This document shows, in pieces, positions 27,106 to 37,591 of a stretch of 48,235 nt of DNA. The first letter of the stretch is position 1, and each line of letters opens with the position of its first letter. Both the position numbers and the translations under genes were made by a program. Source of the DNA: Nitrospirota bacterium (lineage in GTDB: Bacteria; Nitrospirota; RBG-16-64-22); the NCBI GenBank assembly GCA_016195465.1, contig JACPZO010000015.1, positions 1-48,235 on the forward strand, written 5' to 3'. The notes under the pieces are model-generated. The model saw nothing but the letters and a program-made list of their open reading frames with translations, was not told where the DNA came from and ran no database searches.

Positions 27106-28191
27106 TCAGGCCCCGAGCAGCCGGATCTGGTCGGGGATTACGCTGACCGTAACGGATTTATTCTCTTCGAGCGCAGGCGCGCCGACGAGGTGCGGAAGAT
27201 CGGCGAGGATTTCCACCTCTCCGGCTCTCAGCGTGTAGCGGATCGTTTCCCCCTGAAACTCCCTGGCCGTGACGACGGCATGAAACGCGGTTCCGCCGGG
27301 GGGCGGGTGGTCCAAGGCCGGGGAGATCTTCACGGCGTTTGGCCGGAACGCCAGCGTGGCGGATCCCCGGACCGCCTCGCCTCCGGGAAGGCGGATCGAG
27401 ACATCCCGTGCGCCGGCCGGGAGAAAAATCGGTTCGCCGGACGGCCCGGAAACCACCTCTCCTTCCAGGATGTTCACGCTCCCCACGAATCCGGCCACGA
27501 ACCGGTTCGCGGGCGAGTCGTACAGATCGACGGGCGTCCCAACCTGCTGGAGAACCCCCTGGTCGAGCAGGGCCACGCGGTTCGCGATGGCCAAGGCCTC
27601 CTCCTGGTCGTGCGTCACGAAGAGCGTCGTGATTCCGAGATTACGCTGGAGCGCCCGAAGCTCCTGGCGCATGTGGAGGCGGAGCTTCGCGTCCAAGTTC
27701 GAAAGAGGCTCGTCGAGGAGCAGGACCTGCGGCTCGATGACGATCGTCCGGGCCAGGGCCACGCGCTGCTGCTGCCCTCCGGAGAGCTGGTTGGGCCTCC
27801 GCTCCGAGAGGTCGGCGAGGCCCACCAGGTTGAGCGCCCCTTCCACTTTTTCCCGGATGGTTCGTCGGGAGAGCCTCCGCTCCTCGAGTCCAAAGGCCAC
27901 GTTCTCGCGGACGGTCATGTGCGGCCAGAGGGCGTAGTTCTGGAACATGAGTCCCACGTTTCGCTTCCAGGGCGGGACGCGGGTCACGTCCGTGGCGCCG
28001 ATCACGATCCGCCCGCCTTGGGGGCGGCTGAAGCCCGCGATGGCGCGAAGGAGCGTGGACTTGCCGGAGCCCGAGGGGCCCAGGAGCGCGAAGAACTCTC
28101 CAGGCTCGACGGCGAGATCCACGTCACGGAGGACCTCCGTTCCGCCGAACGACAGAGAAAGGTTCTCGATGGAGACGGCCGCTCGTTGCAC
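27106..28191 (-). CDS. ABC transporter ATP-binding protein (FbpC/PotA-like, TOBE domain)
   Basis: GPSGSGKS, FQNYALWPH, LSGGQQQRVALAR, LLDEPLSNLD. Confidence 0.93.
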   Translation of the reverse strand: MQRAAVSIENLSLSFGGTEVLRDVDLAVEPGEFFALLGPSGSGKSTLLRAIAGFSRPQGGRIVIGATDVTRVPPWKRNVGLMFQNYALWPHMTVRENVAFGLEERRLSRRTIREKVEGALNLVGLADLSERRPNQLSGGQQQRVALARTIVIEPQVLLLDEPLSNLDAKLRLHMRQELRALQRNLGITTLFVTHDQEEALAIANRVALLDQGVLQQVGTPVDLYDSPANRFVAGFVGSVNILEGEVVSGPSGEPIFLPAGARDVSIRLPGGEAVRGSATLAFRPNAVKISPALDHPPPGGTAFHAVVTAREFQGETIRYTLRAGEVEILADLPHLVGAPALEENKSVTVSVIPDQIRLLGA

Positions 28192-28196
28192 GGTCC

Positions 28197-29879
28197 CTAG
28201 ATCGCCTCGGATTCTTTCGGCTCCCGCCGGTTTTTCACGAAACGGTGCGAGAGGTAGGTTCCAACCGCCACGATCGCCACGGCCACGACGCCCAGCGCCG
28301 CACCCGGACCCCTCCCCGTGATACTCTGCAGATACCAGTATATGCCGTAGGAGATCGGAGCGTCCGTGGACGACGCCGTGAGAACGATGGTGGCCGAGAG
28401 CTCCACGGAGGCGGTGATGAAGCTGGTCACGAATCCCGCCAGAAGCCCCCCGGCTACGAGTGGAACGACGATCCGCCGGACGGCGCGAGTCTTGGGCGCA
28501 CCCAGATTTTCGGCCGCTTCTTCGAGCGAGACGTGAAGCTGCCGCAGGGCCGAGATGGCGGAGCGAAGAGCGTAAGGAAGCCTGCGGACCGTGTACGCCA
28601 AGACGAGGATGGCCCACGTGGCGGTCACCGGCCCGTCCATGAAGGGAAGCTCGACGTGGCGGAACGTGCGCAGGAGACCGATGGCCAGCACGACGCCGGG
28701 GATGGCGAGAGCCGCGGTGGCCGCGAAGTCGAGGAGGCGGCGGCCGGGAACTCTGGTCCGAAGGATCAGGTAGGCGATGGCGCCGCCGATCAGCACGTCG
28801 AGGCCGGCCGCGATCGTGCAGTAGAGGAGCGTGTTTACGATCATCCGCGGGGAATCCTGGAAGATCGTGGCGTAGTGTTCCAGCGTGTATCCCTCCGGGA
28901 TCATCGTGAAGCTCCAGACCTTGCCGAGAGACAGGAGCAGGATCCCGGCGTGCGGGGCGAGGACGAGAAGGAGGACGAACACGACAAAGACGTAGGCCGC
29001 GGCCGCTCCAAGGGGGGAAAGTCTCCGCTTCGCGGGAGAGACGGAGCCTCGGGAGATCGTGGCGTACTCCTTCTTCTTCATGAACCGTTCGGCGATCCAG
29101 AGCGAAAGGAGCGAGAAGGACACCATGATGACGCTGATCACGTATCCGAAAGGGTCATCCAGTCCCACGGACGTGATCCGCAGGTACGCCTGGGGCGCGA
29201 GCATGTTGGTGACGTTCAGCACGAGCGGCGTGCCCAGGTCGTCGAAGACCTTGATAAAGACGAGCGAGGCGCCCGCGATGTACCCCGGCATGGCAAGGGG
29301 AAAGACGATGCGGCGGAAGAGGCGCAGGCCGTTCGCACCGAGGTTCTGGGCCGCTTCTTCCAGCGAGCCGTCGATTCCGGAGAGGGAGGTCGTGAGGTTG
29401 AGGAGGATGAACGGGAAGTAGTGGATCGTCTCCACGAAGATGACGCCGTTCAGCCCGTCCATGAGTGGGAGGGTGATTCCCAGCCAGTCGCCCAGGAGAA
29501 GGTTGATGGACCCGCTGCGGCCGAACACGAGCTGCATGGCCACGGCGCCCACGAACGACGGCATCACGAGGGGGAGAACGCCCAGCGTCTGGATGAGGAC
29601 CGCTCCGCGGAACCGGAGGCGCGCCGTGAGGTAGGCGAGCGGGACCGCGAGGAGGGAGGCGAGGAGGACGGACATCCCGGCCACGTAAAGGCTGTTCACG
29701 AACGACTCGCGCATGAGCGAGATCTCGAAGAAAGAGGAGAAGTGGCCGAGGGTGAAGCCGCCCGCGCCGTCGGAGAACGCCACGTAGGCCACCGTCCCCA
29801 CCGGGACCGCGAGGAACGCGGCGAGGAAGAGGCCCAAGGCGAAGGCGAGGAGGGCCTGAGGAAACGTGAAGCGGGGCAT
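28197..29879 (-). CDS. Iron(III)-type ABC transporter permease (FbpB-like, duplicated domain)
   Basis: Two EAA loops (LEEAAQNLGA, LEEAAENLGA); ~12 hydrophobic segments. Confidence 0.92.
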   Translation of the reverse strand: MPRFTFPQALLAFALGLFLAAFLAVPVGTVAYVAFSDGAGGFTLGHFSSFFEISLMRESFVNSLYVAGMSVLLASLLAVPLAYLTARLRFRGAVLIQTLGVLPLVMPSFVGAVAMQLVFGRSGSINLLLGDWLGITLPLMDGLNGVIFVETIHYFPFILLNLTTSLSGIDGSLEEAAQNLGANGLRLFRRIVFPLAMPGYIAGASLVFIKVFDDLGTPLVLNVTNMLAPQAYLRITSVGLDDPFGYVISVIMVSFSLLSLWIAERFMKKKEYATISRGSVSPAKRRLSPLGAAAAYVFVVFVLLLVLAPHAGILLLSLGKVWSFTMIPEGYTLEHYATIFQDSPRMIVNTLLYCTIAAGLDVLIGGAIAYLILRTRVPGRRLLDFAATAALAIPGVVLAIGLLRTFRHVELPFMDGPVTATWAILVLAYTVRRLPYALRSAISALRQLHVSLEEAAENLGAPKTRAVRRIVVPLVAGGLLAGFVTSFITASVELSATIVLTASSTDAPISYGIYWYLQSITGRGPGAALGVVAVAIVAVGTYLSHRFVKNRREPKESEAI

Positions 29880-29923
29880 TGGGATGCTTGCCGGCGGGGT
29901 CTTGTCTTCCCGGGGACGCGGGC

Positions 29924-31273
29924 TCAGCGGGCCATGGCGGCGGCCTTCTCGGCCAGCTCCGCGGCCTTGGAGTAGTTCTCCTTCGCGTGCCGATCCCACT
30001 GCTCCTCGACGGCCGCGATCTTCCTGGCAGCCTCGGGGTCCTTCTTCCCCCCCTGGAAGACGGCGATGAACGCCTTATCCTTGACCTTCGCGGCCGAGAC
30101 GGGCGGCGTGAAGGCGAGGTCGCGCGCCTGGGCGAGGAGCTTCTCCGCTTCGGCGTTGCGTTTTCCGGCCAGGCGGGCCGCGGCGTCGTCGATCGCCTTC
30201 TTGGCCTTGTTTAACTCCTTGAGCCGGAACGTGATCGCGTGGTCGAACATGGACGTCACGACGTAGTAGCGGGACTCGGAGAGGTTCGCGTCGAACGAAA
30301 CGCTCGCCTTGATCGTTCCGGTAAAGGGATTTGGATATCCCGCGGGCGCCTTGGCGTAGACGCTGGGAAGGACCGGCAGACGGCTGATCTTGGGGTCCAG
30401 GAGGATCTGTTGCCCCTCGGGCGAGAGCGTGAAACCGATGAACGTCTTCGCCGCCTCCGCGTTCCGCGCGCCGGCGATGAGGGCGATGTTGGCCGGCACG
30501 AGCGCGGTCACGCTCGGGTAGACGAAATCCACCGGGAAGCCCGAGTTCTTCGCGGCGAGGCCCAGGAAGTCGATGACCAGGCCGATCCCGAACTGGCCGC
30601 TGCTCACGCCGTCGGGGACGCCGAAGCTCCGCTCGGTGACCGCCGCGCAGTTTCCCGCGATCTCGAGCATCTGGCGCCACCCCTTGTCCCACCCTTCGCC
30701 CTGGAGGATCGTCTCCACCGTGAGATGCGTCGTTCCGGACTTGGACGGCGATGAGATGGCCACGTGGCCGTGGTAGACCGGCTTCGCGAGGTCGGCCCAT
30801 TCGCGGGGCTCGGGGAGCTTGTGGGCCTTGAGGTAGCGGGTGTTCCACATGATGCCGTAGCCGGAGATCGCCTGGCCGCGGTAGAACCCTTCCGGGTCGT
30901 TCATCGGGTAGTTGCCGATCCTGGCGGGGATCTCGGGGCTGCCGCCCTCGAATTTCCGGAGGAGCTTCTCGCGGGCGAGCACCTCGAAGGCATCCGGGGC
31001 CGAGGCCCAGAAGACATCCGGCTTGCTCGCCGCGGGCGCCTCGCGCACGTAGACGATCCCGGCCGTGGTCCCCTTGTTGAGGATCTCGAGTTTGACGTTC
31101 GGGTATTTGGCCTCGAACGCTTTCTTGTACGCGGAGGTGAGCTCCTTGGGGAAGGAGGTGACGACGACCACTTGGTCCGCCGAGGCGGGCCCTGCAAGCC
31201 AGAGGGCCGCGACCGCGGCGAGGACGGCCAGAAAGCGGGTCTTGCGTTCCGAGAGACCGGAGTATCGCGTCAT
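29924..31273 (-). CDS. ABC transporter periplasmic substrate-binding protein (Fe3+/phosphoglycerate PgtC-like)
   Basis: Signal peptide; PDVFWASAPD, P(R)EWADL, SPSKSGTTH. Confidence 0.88.
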   Translation of the reverse strand: MTRYSGLSERKTRFLAVLAAVAALWLAGPASADQVVVVTSFPKELTSAYKKAFEAKYPNVKLEILNKGTTAGIVYVREAPAASKPDVFWASAPDAFEVLAREKLLRKFEGGSPEIPARIGNYPMNDPEGFYRGQAISGYGIMWNTRYLKAHKLPEPREWADLAKPVYHGHVAISSPSKSGTTHLTVETILQGEGWDKGWRQMLEIAGNCAAVTERSFGVPDGVSSGQFGIGLVIDFLGLAAKNSGFPVDFVYPSVTALVPANIALIAGARNAEAAKTFIGFTLSPEGQQILLDPKISRLPVLPSVYAKAPAGYPNPFTGTIKASVSFDANLSESRYYVVTSMFDHAITFRLKELNKAKKAIDDAAARLAGKRNAEAEKLLAQARDLAFTPPVSAAKVKDKAFIAVFQGGKKDPEAARKIAAVEEQWDRHAKENYSKAAELAEKAAAMAR

Positions 31274-31499
31274 GGCTTGCCTCCCTCAGGGTGATGTGGC
31301 GGCGAGATTGTAGAAGAAGCGTTTCGCGGATTCAAGATGCTATCCGCGCATCCAAGGCGGCAAGTCTTGTCTTTCGCGGGTTCATCCCTTATTCTAACCC
31401 AGGCCATGAAGAGCTTTCGCAAAACTCCGGTTCACAATCCCGAGCCGGCGGAAGAAGCGAGGTCCGGCCAAGATCGTCGGAGAATAAGAAAGGAAAACC

Positions 31500-32564
31500 A
31501 TGAGCCGCCTGTTCGAGTCCCTTACGCTTCGGGGTCTAACGTTCCGCAACCGCGTCTTCATGTCCCCCATGTGCCAGCACTGCGCCATGGACAGCATCCC
31601 GGACGACTGGCACTTCGGCCATTACGGGACGCGGGCCGTGGGGGGCGTCGGGCTCGTCATCGTCGAGGCCACGGCCATCACGTCCGAGGGCCGGATCTCG
31701 CCGGGAGACCTGGGGATCTGGTCCGGCGAGCAGGTGAAGGCGTTTCAGCGGATCACGCGGTTCATCCGGGAGCAGGGGGCCGTTGCCGGAATTCAGATCG
31801 CCCACGCGGGGCGGAAAGCCTCCACGGACATTCCTTGGAAGGGCGGAGGGCCTCTCGGCGCGGAGAAAGGCGGATGGCCCGTCGTCGCGCCGAGCCCCAT
31901 TCCGTTTTCGCCGCGGCATTCCATCCCCCGCGCTCTTTCCGAAGCGGATCTGCGCGACCTGCTCGGGGTCTACGAGACGGCGGCGCGGCTTGCACTCGAG
32001 GCCGGCTTCGAGGTTATCGAGGTCCACATGGCGCATGGCTACCTGCTTCACGAGTTCCTATCCCCGATCACGAACAAGCGCACCGATGCCTACGGGGGCC
32101 CTTTCGACAACCGGGTCCGTTTTCCGCTGGAGGCGGCGCGGACGGTCCGCAGGGTGTGGCCGGACGATCTGCCGGTGTTCGTCCGGATCTCGGCCACGGA
32201 CTGGGTGGAGGGCGGGTGGGATCTCGAACAGTCCGTGCGCCTGGCCCGTGCCCTGAAGGACGTCGGGATCGATCTCATCGACTGCTCGAGCGGGGGCCTC
32301 GTCGAAGACGCCGTGATTCCGGCGGGCCCCGGGTTCCAGGCTCCCTTCGCCGCGGCGGTCCGCGAGAGGGCGGGGATTGCGGCGGGCGCGGTGGGGTTCA
32401 TCACGAGCCCGGCCCAGGCCGAGCAGATCGTCGCCGCCGGGCAAGCGGACGCCGTTCTCCTGGGCCGCGTCCTTCTCCGCGATCCGTACTGGGCGCTGCA
32501 CGCGGCGCGGACGCTGGGCGCCGACGTCCATTGGCCCCCGCAGTATCTCCACGGCCGGGCGTAG
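31500..32564 (+). CDS. NADH:flavin oxidoreductase (old yellow enzyme, YqjM/NamA type)
   Basis: NRVFMSPMCQ, QIAHAGRKA, HMAHGYLLHEFLSP, RTDAYGG, VRISATDW. Confidence 0.93.
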   Translation: MSRLFESLTLRGLTFRNRVFMSPMCQHCAMDSIPDDWHFGHYGTRAVGGVGLVIVEATAITSEGRISPGDLGIWSGEQVKAFQRITRFIREQGAVAGIQIAHAGRKASTDIPWKGGGPLGAEKGGWPVVAPSPIPFSPRHSIPRALSEADLRDLLGVYETAARLALEAGFEVIEVHMAHGYLLHEFLSPITNKRTDAYGGPFDNRVRFPLEAARTVRRVWPDDLPVFVRISATDWVEGGWDLEQSVRLARALKDVGIDLIDCSSGGLVEDAVIPAGPGFQAPFAAAVRERAGIAAGAVGFITSPAQAEQIVAAGQADAVLLGRVLLRDPYWALHAARTLGADVHWPPQYLHGRA

Positions 32565-32572
32565 AGGCGGCC

Positions 32573-32929
32573 GTGCAGGACGATATTATCTTCGACGTGA
32601 GCGAGGAAGACTTCGAGCAGAAGGTGATCGAGGCGTCGCGGACCCGGCCCGTTATGGTCGATATCTGGGCCGAGTGGTGTCCGCCGTGCCGCCAGCTCAC
32701 GCCCGTGCTGGAAAGGGTGGCGAAGAGCCGTGGAGGGAGGATTCTCCTGGCCAAGCTGGAGGCGGACGAGAACATGCGGCTGGCGGGATTCTACAGGGTG
32801 AAGGGGTTCCCCACCGTGATGCTGTTCCTGGACGGCGAGGAGAGGGGGCGATTCGCCGGCTTCCGGTCCGAGCAAGCCGTGCGCGAGTTCATCGACGAAC
32901 ACGCCTCCCCGCCCGACGCCCGCGGCTAG
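32573..32929 (+). CDS. Thioredoxin
   Basis: VDIWAEWCPPCRQL, GFPT; GTG start after GAGG. Confidence 0.9.
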   Translation: MQDDIIFDVSEEDFEQKVIEASRTRPVMVDIWAEWCPPCRQLTPVLERVAKSRGGRILLAKLEADENMRLAGFYRVKGFPTVMLFLDGEERGRFAGFRSEQAVREFIDEHASPPDARG

Positions 32930-33010
32930 AACGGCTTACCAACGGTGGGTCGGCCCCGGCTCCCTCGGGGAGTCGCGCCAGGGCCGTTTTGCACGGCTGG
33001 GGGGAGCGGG

Positions 33011-33724
33011 ATGACAACACGAAATCACCGGGAAACCGTGACTTGCCCCGTGTGCCGGGAACAGAGGCCGCTCAGCGAGATGATGCACGGGGAGCTGGTC
33101 CACGGCCCCGTCGTCGAGTTGATTCAGAAAAAACAGCCGGAATGGTCGCCCAGCGACAAGATCTGCCTCGCCTGCCTCAACCGGTTCCGGACGGAATACG
33201 TGGAAGACGTCCTCGAGATGGAGAGAGGGGAGCTCTCCTCTCTGGAGGACGAGGTCGTCGAGAGCCTGAAGGAGCAGGAGCTCCTCTCCAAGAACATCAA
33301 CATCGACTTCGACCGCGGGCTCACGCTGGGCGAGCGCGTCGCCGACAAGGTCGCCGAATTCGGCGGAAGCTGGAAGTTCGTCATCGGCTTTTTCGTCGTG
33401 CTGCTGGCCTGGGTGGGCGTCAACTCCGCCGTTCTCCTCTGGCGGACGTTCGATCCTTATCCCTTCATCTTGCTCAACCTTGTCCTCTCGTGCCTCGCGG
33501 CGATCCAGGCGCCCATCATCATGATGAGCCAGAACAGGCAGGAGGCCAGGGACCGGATGCACGCCGAACATGACTACCAGGTCAACCTGAAAGCGGAGCT
33601 CGAGATCCGGCACCTCCACCGAAAGGTCGATCAACTGCTCACGCACCAGTGGCAGAGGCTCCTGGAGATCCAGCGGATCCAGATGGAGTTGATGGAGGAC
33701 CTTGCCCGCCGCCCCAAGGCGTAG
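33011..33724 (+). CDS. DUF1003 membrane protein with an N-terminal CxxC..CxxC motif
   Basis: ERVADKVAEFGGSW, FDPYPFILLNLVLS, QAPIIMMSQNRQ, DYQVNLKAELEI. Confidence 0.92.
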   Translation: MTTRNHRETVTCPVCREQRPLSEMMHGELVHGPVVELIQKKQPEWSPSDKICLACLNRFRTEYVEDVLEMERGELSSLEDEVVESLKEQELLSKNINIDFDRGLTLGERVADKVAEFGGSWKFVIGFFVVLLAWVGVNSAVLLWRTFDPYPFILLNLVLSCLAAIQAPIIMMSQNRQEARDRMHAEHDYQVNLKAELEIRHLHRKVDQLLTHQWQRLLEIQRIQMELMEDLARRPKA

Positions 33725-33757
33725 GGGGAATCCGAGACGCGCCCTCGGGCGGGAACG

Positions 33758-36187
33758 TCAGGCCGGCTGAGTGTGCGCGCATCCCTCGCGCACGCACTTG
33801 AGGACGGTCCCGCTCTTCTTCGTCCGGTTCTCGACGAGAAAGAGCGCGCCGCAGGCCGGGCACGGCGTCGGGACGGGCCGGTCCCAGACGGCGTACTTGC
33901 AGTCCGGGTAGCGGGAGCAGGAGTAGAACGTCCTCCCCCGCTTTGTCTTCTTGGCCGTGAGGTATCCGCCGCAGTCCGGCTCCGGACAGGCGACGCCGAT
34001 GCTGATCGGCTTGGTCGTCTTGCAGGTCGGGTAGCGCGCGCAGGCGATGAAGCGGCCGAAGCGCCCCGAGCGGATGACGAGGGGGCTCCCGCACTTCCCG
34101 CACGTCTCGCCCGTCGGTTCCGGGGGTGCGGCCGGCTCCTCCGGTCCCTTCCCAACCGGCCGCGTCGTCTTGCACTCCGGGTAGCGCGAGCATGCGAGGA
34201 ACGGTCCGAAGCGCCCCCGCTTGTGGACCATGGGGCTGCCGCAGTTCTCGCAGGTCTCGCCCGTCTCGGGCGGCGCCACCGGCTGGACTCCCCCCTCCGC
34301 GTCCCGCGCGAACTCCCGCGTGTTCTTGCAGTCCGGGTAGGCCGAGCAGGCGAGGAACTCTCCGTTCTTTCCCCATCGGATGACCATCTTCCCGCCGCAC
34401 TTGTCGCAAACGAGTTCGGTCGGGATCTCGTGGGTCTTGACGTTCCTCATCTCCACCTTGGCTTGCGCCAGGCTTTCCGAGAAGGGCGCGTAGAAGTCGC
34501 CGACGGCCTGCCTCCAGGGAAGATTCCCTTCCTCCACGCGGTCGAGTTCCTCCTCCATGCGCGCCGTGAAGGCGACGTCCAGGATCGTCGGGAAATGCGC
34601 CACGAGAAGGTCGTTGACCAGGAGGCCAAGCGGCGTGGGATGGAATTTCTTCTCGATTTTTTCCGCGTACTTCCGGTCCTGGATCGTCGACAGGATGGCG
34701 GCGTACGTGGACGGGCGGCCGATGCCCTTCTCTTCGAGCGCCTTGACGAGGGTCGCCTCCGTATAGCGGGGGGGAGGCTGGGTGAAATGCTGGCGGGGCG
34801 CGAGGCTCTTGAGCGAGAGCACGTCTCCCGCCTTCATGGCGGGGAGCACGCCTTCCCGTTCTTCGGCTTGGGCCTCGGGCTCCTCGGAGTTCTTTTTTTC
34901 CTCCTCGTCCCGTCCCTCCGCGTAGACCTTGAGAAACCCGGGGAACGTGATGACGGAACCCGTGGCTTTGAAGAGCCCGGGCCCCGCCTCGATCTCGACG
35001 GACGTGGCGTCCATGAGGGCGGGAGACATCTGGGAGGCGATGAACCGTTCCCAGATCAGGCGGTAGAGCCGGGCCATGTCGCGTTCCAGGAAATCCTTGA
35101 CGGCATCGGGCGTTCTTGACGGCGACGTGGGACGGACGGCTTCGTGCGCGTCCTGGGCGCCCTTCTTCGACGCATAGACCGGGGGGGCCGCGGGCAGGTA
35201 CTCCGGGCCGAACCTGGTACGGATCGCGTCGCGCGCCTCGTCCTGGGCCTCCTTGGCGATCCGGAACGAGTCGGTTCTCATGTACGTGATAAGGCCGACC
35301 GAGCCCTCGCTTCCGATCTCCATGCCCTCGTACAGGCGCTGGGCGAGCATCATCGTCTTCTTCGCCGTGAACCCGAGCTTTCGGGCCGCTTCCTGTTGCA
35401 GGGTGCTCGTGATGAACGGAGGGACGGGGTTGCGCCGCTTCTCTTTCCGCTCGACGCTCGCGACCCGGAACGGCTTTCCCTCGACCGCCCGGAGGGCGGC
35501 CTCGGCGGCCGCCTGGTCGGGAAGAGAGGCTTTCTTTCCGTCCAGGCGGGCGAGCTTCGCTTCGAACGGGGGAGGAGTGCCGGCTTCGAGGCCGGCCGTG
35601 ATCGACCAGAACTCTTCCTGCTTGAATTCGTTGATCTCGCGCTCGCGCTCGCAGACGAGGCGGACGGCGACGGACTGGACCCGGCCGGCCGAGAGGCCCC
35701 GCCGGACTTTCTCCCAAAGGAGGGGGGAGAGCTGGTATCCCATGAGCCGGTCCATGACGCGCCGGGCCTGCTGGGCGTCCACGAGCGACATGTCGATCCG
35801 GCCGGGGGTCTTGAGCGCGTCGGTGACGGCGCGCTTGGTGATCTCGTTGAACGTGATCCGGTAGATCGCGGGGGCCTTCTTCGACCCGTTGCCGATCTCT
35901 TCGGCGACGTGCCAGGCGATCGCTTCTCCCTCGCGGTCCGGGTCGGTCGCCAGGAAGACGGCCTTGGCGGTCTTCGCCGTCTGCCTGATCTTCGCCAGGG
36001 CGTCCTTCTTGCCCTTGATCGTCTCGTACTGGGGCTCGAAACCCTTCTCGACGTCGACGCCGAGCGTCTTTTTGGGGAGATCCCTGACGTGTCCGACCGA
36101 GGCCAGGATCTCATACTCCTTGCTCAGGAACTTCCTGAGCGTCTTGACCTTTGCCGGCGACTCGACGATGATGACCGAACTGCTCAT
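33758..36187 (-). CDS. topA: DNA topoisomerase I
   Basis: IVESPAK, ATDPDREGEAI, SAGRVQS, LITYMRTDS, GIGRPSTYA, C-terminal zinc ribbons. Confidence 0.98.
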   Translation of the reverse strand: MSSSVIIVESPAKVKTLRKFLSKEYEILASVGHVRDLPKKTLGVDVEKGFEPQYETIKGKKDALAKIRQTAKTAKAVFLATDPDREGEAIAWHVAEEIGNGSKKAPAIYRITFNEITKRAVTDALKTPGRIDMSLVDAQQARRVMDRLMGYQLSPLLWEKVRRGLSAGRVQSVAVRLVCEREREINEFKQEEFWSITAGLEAGTPPPFEAKLARLDGKKASLPDQAAAEAALRAVEGKPFRVASVERKEKRRNPVPPFITSTLQQEAARKLGFTAKKTMMLAQRLYEGMEIGSEGSVGLITYMRTDSFRIAKEAQDEARDAIRTRFGPEYLPAAPPVYASKKGAQDAHEAVRPTSPSRTPDAVKDFLERDMARLYRLIWERFIASQMSPALMDATSVEIEAGPGLFKATGSVITFPGFLKVYAEGRDEEEKKNSEEPEAQAEEREGVLPAMKAGDVLSLKSLAPRQHFTQPPPRYTEATLVKALEEKGIGRPSTYAAILSTIQDRKYAEKIEKKFHPTPLGLLVNDLLVAHFPTILDVAFTARMEEELDRVEEGNLPWRQAVGDFYAPFSESLAQAKVEMRNVKTHEIPTELVCDKCGGKMVIRWGKNGEFLACSAYPDCKNTREFARDAEGGVQPVAPPETGETCENCGSPMVHKRGRFGPFLACSRYPECKTTRPVGKGPEEPAAPPEPTGETCGKCGSPLVIRSGRFGRFIACARYPTCKTTKPISIGVACPEPDCGGYLTAKKTKRGRTFYSCSRYPDCKYAVWDRPVPTPCPACGALFLVENRTKKSGTVLKCVREGCAHTQPA

Positions 36188-37332
36188 GATGACCCTGTTT
36201 CTCCTGCCGGGATGACGGGGAGCGAAACGAACCGCTTCCCGTCCATTTGCCTTACGGCTCCCTTCATTTCGAGAATGGTGAGGATCGGCGCGACTTCCCG
36301 GATGGGGCGACCGAGCTCCGCGCTGACCCGATCGATGTGTTTGGGATCAGCGGAGAGCGAAGCATACACGCCCCGTTCGGCCGGAGTCAACGAGACGGTT
36401 ACGGGGGGGCGGGGCGGCGAGGCGTGCAGGGTGACTCCCTCGGCTTGGGGACGCAAGGCGTCGGCCACTTCCGAAGCCGATTCCACGAGGACGGCCCCTT
36501 GGCGGATCAAGGCGTGGGGGCCCTTGGAGAGGGGCATCCCGGGCCGTCCCGGGACGGCGAAGACCTCGCGGCCCTGTTCGAGCGCCAGGCGGGCCGTGAT
36601 GAGAGACCCGGAATCGGGAGCGGCTTCGACAACGACGACGCCCATCGACAGGCCGCTGATGATCCGGTTTCGCTGGGGGAAGTTGGACGGATCGGGAGGG
36701 GTTCCGCACGGAAGCTCGGTCATGACGGCGCCGTGCGCCGCGACGGCCGCGAGCAAAGGGCCGTGCTCGCGGGGATAGGCGACGTCGATCCCGCACCCCA
36801 GGACGCCGATGGTTCTCCCGCCGGCCGAGACCGCTCCGCGGTGGGCGGCCGCGTCGATTCCCCGCGCGAGGCCGGAGACCACGGTGAATCCCATGGCGGC
36901 GAGCTCGCGGCCGAACTGCTCCGCCAGAGAGAGACCGAACGGAGAGGCCCGGCGGGCGCCGACGATCGCGACGGCGGCCGTGTCCCGGGGGAGGAACGTT
37001 CCTTTCCGCGTGAGGATCAAAGGCGGATCGGGGATCTCGCGAAGCCTGGTTGGATAGTCGGGGTCGTCGGGCGTCGAGATCTCCGCGCCCAGATCGCGCA
37101 GTTTGCTCCACTCTTGTCGGGCCTCTTCGAGCCACCCGTGCGACGCGAACGAGTCGACCTGGCGGGCGGAAAGCCCCTCGACCCGCCTGAGAAGCGCGGG
37201 CCCGGCGCGCAGAGCGGCTTCGGGGGAGCCGAAGGCGTCGATCAGCCGGCGGGCGGAAACGGGGCCGATGCCGTCGACCGACCGAAGGCCGAGCCACGCG
37301 AGCTTTTTTCCGGAGAGATTTTCCTGATCCAT
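36184..37332 (-). CDS. dprA: DNA-processing protein DprA
   Basis: VAIVGAR, VVSGLARGIDAAAH, FPQRNRIISGLS, SGSLITA; upstream of topA. Confidence 0.96.
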   Translation of the reverse strand: MDQENLSGKKLAWLGLRSVDGIGPVSARRLIDAFGSPEAALRAGPALLRRVEGLSARQVDSFASHGWLEEARQEWSKLRDLGAEISTPDDPDYPTRLREIPDPPLILTRKGTFLPRDTAAVAIVGARRASPFGLSLAEQFGRELAAMGFTVVSGLARGIDAAAHRGAVSAGGRTIGVLGCGIDVAYPREHGPLLAAVAAHGAVMTELPCGTPPDPSNFPQRNRIISGLSMGVVVVEAAPDSGSLITARLALEQGREVFAVPGRPGMPLSKGPHALIRQGAVLVESASEVADALRPQAEGVTLHASPPRPPVTVSLTPAERGVYASLSADPKHIDRVSAELGRPIREVAPILTILEMKGAVRQMDGKRFVSLPVIPAGETGSS

Positions 37333-37364
37333 GGAAACCGCCTGGTAAGGTAAAACGGAAACGA

Positions 37365-37392
37365 ATTATACAGGGCGGGGCCGGAGGGTCAA
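37365..37392 (-). promoter_or_regulatory. Sigma-70 promoter for dprA-topA
   Basis: TTGACC-16 bp-TATAAT on the minus strand. Confidence 0.6.
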
Positions 37393-37393
37393 G

Positions 37394-37458
37394 GGCCGAA
37401 AGATTGAGGGCCGAAAGATTGAAAATTGGAAATTGAAAATTTCAAATTGGAAATTGGA
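37394..37458. repeat. Direct duplication (GGGCCGAAAGATTGA x2) plus AT-rich heptamer array
   Basis: GATTGAAAATTGGAAATTGAAAATTTCAAATTGGAAATTGG. Confidence 0.7.
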
Positions 37459-37527
37459 TGACGAAGACCGGAAGGGCGAGGGCTGAAATCGCGGATTCGC
37501 GGTTGGCCGGGGGATCGTCAGGAAGGT

Positions 37528-37556
37528 GCTCCTGCCTCCCTGGGGGAGGCAGGAGC
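37528..37556 (-). terminator. Hairpin after the LysM gene
   Basis: GCTCCTGCCTCCC-TGG-GGGAGGCAGGAGC. Confidence 0.6.
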
Positions 37557-37591
37557 GAAGTGTGGAGGAGGAGATACTGGAGAACCCCGCG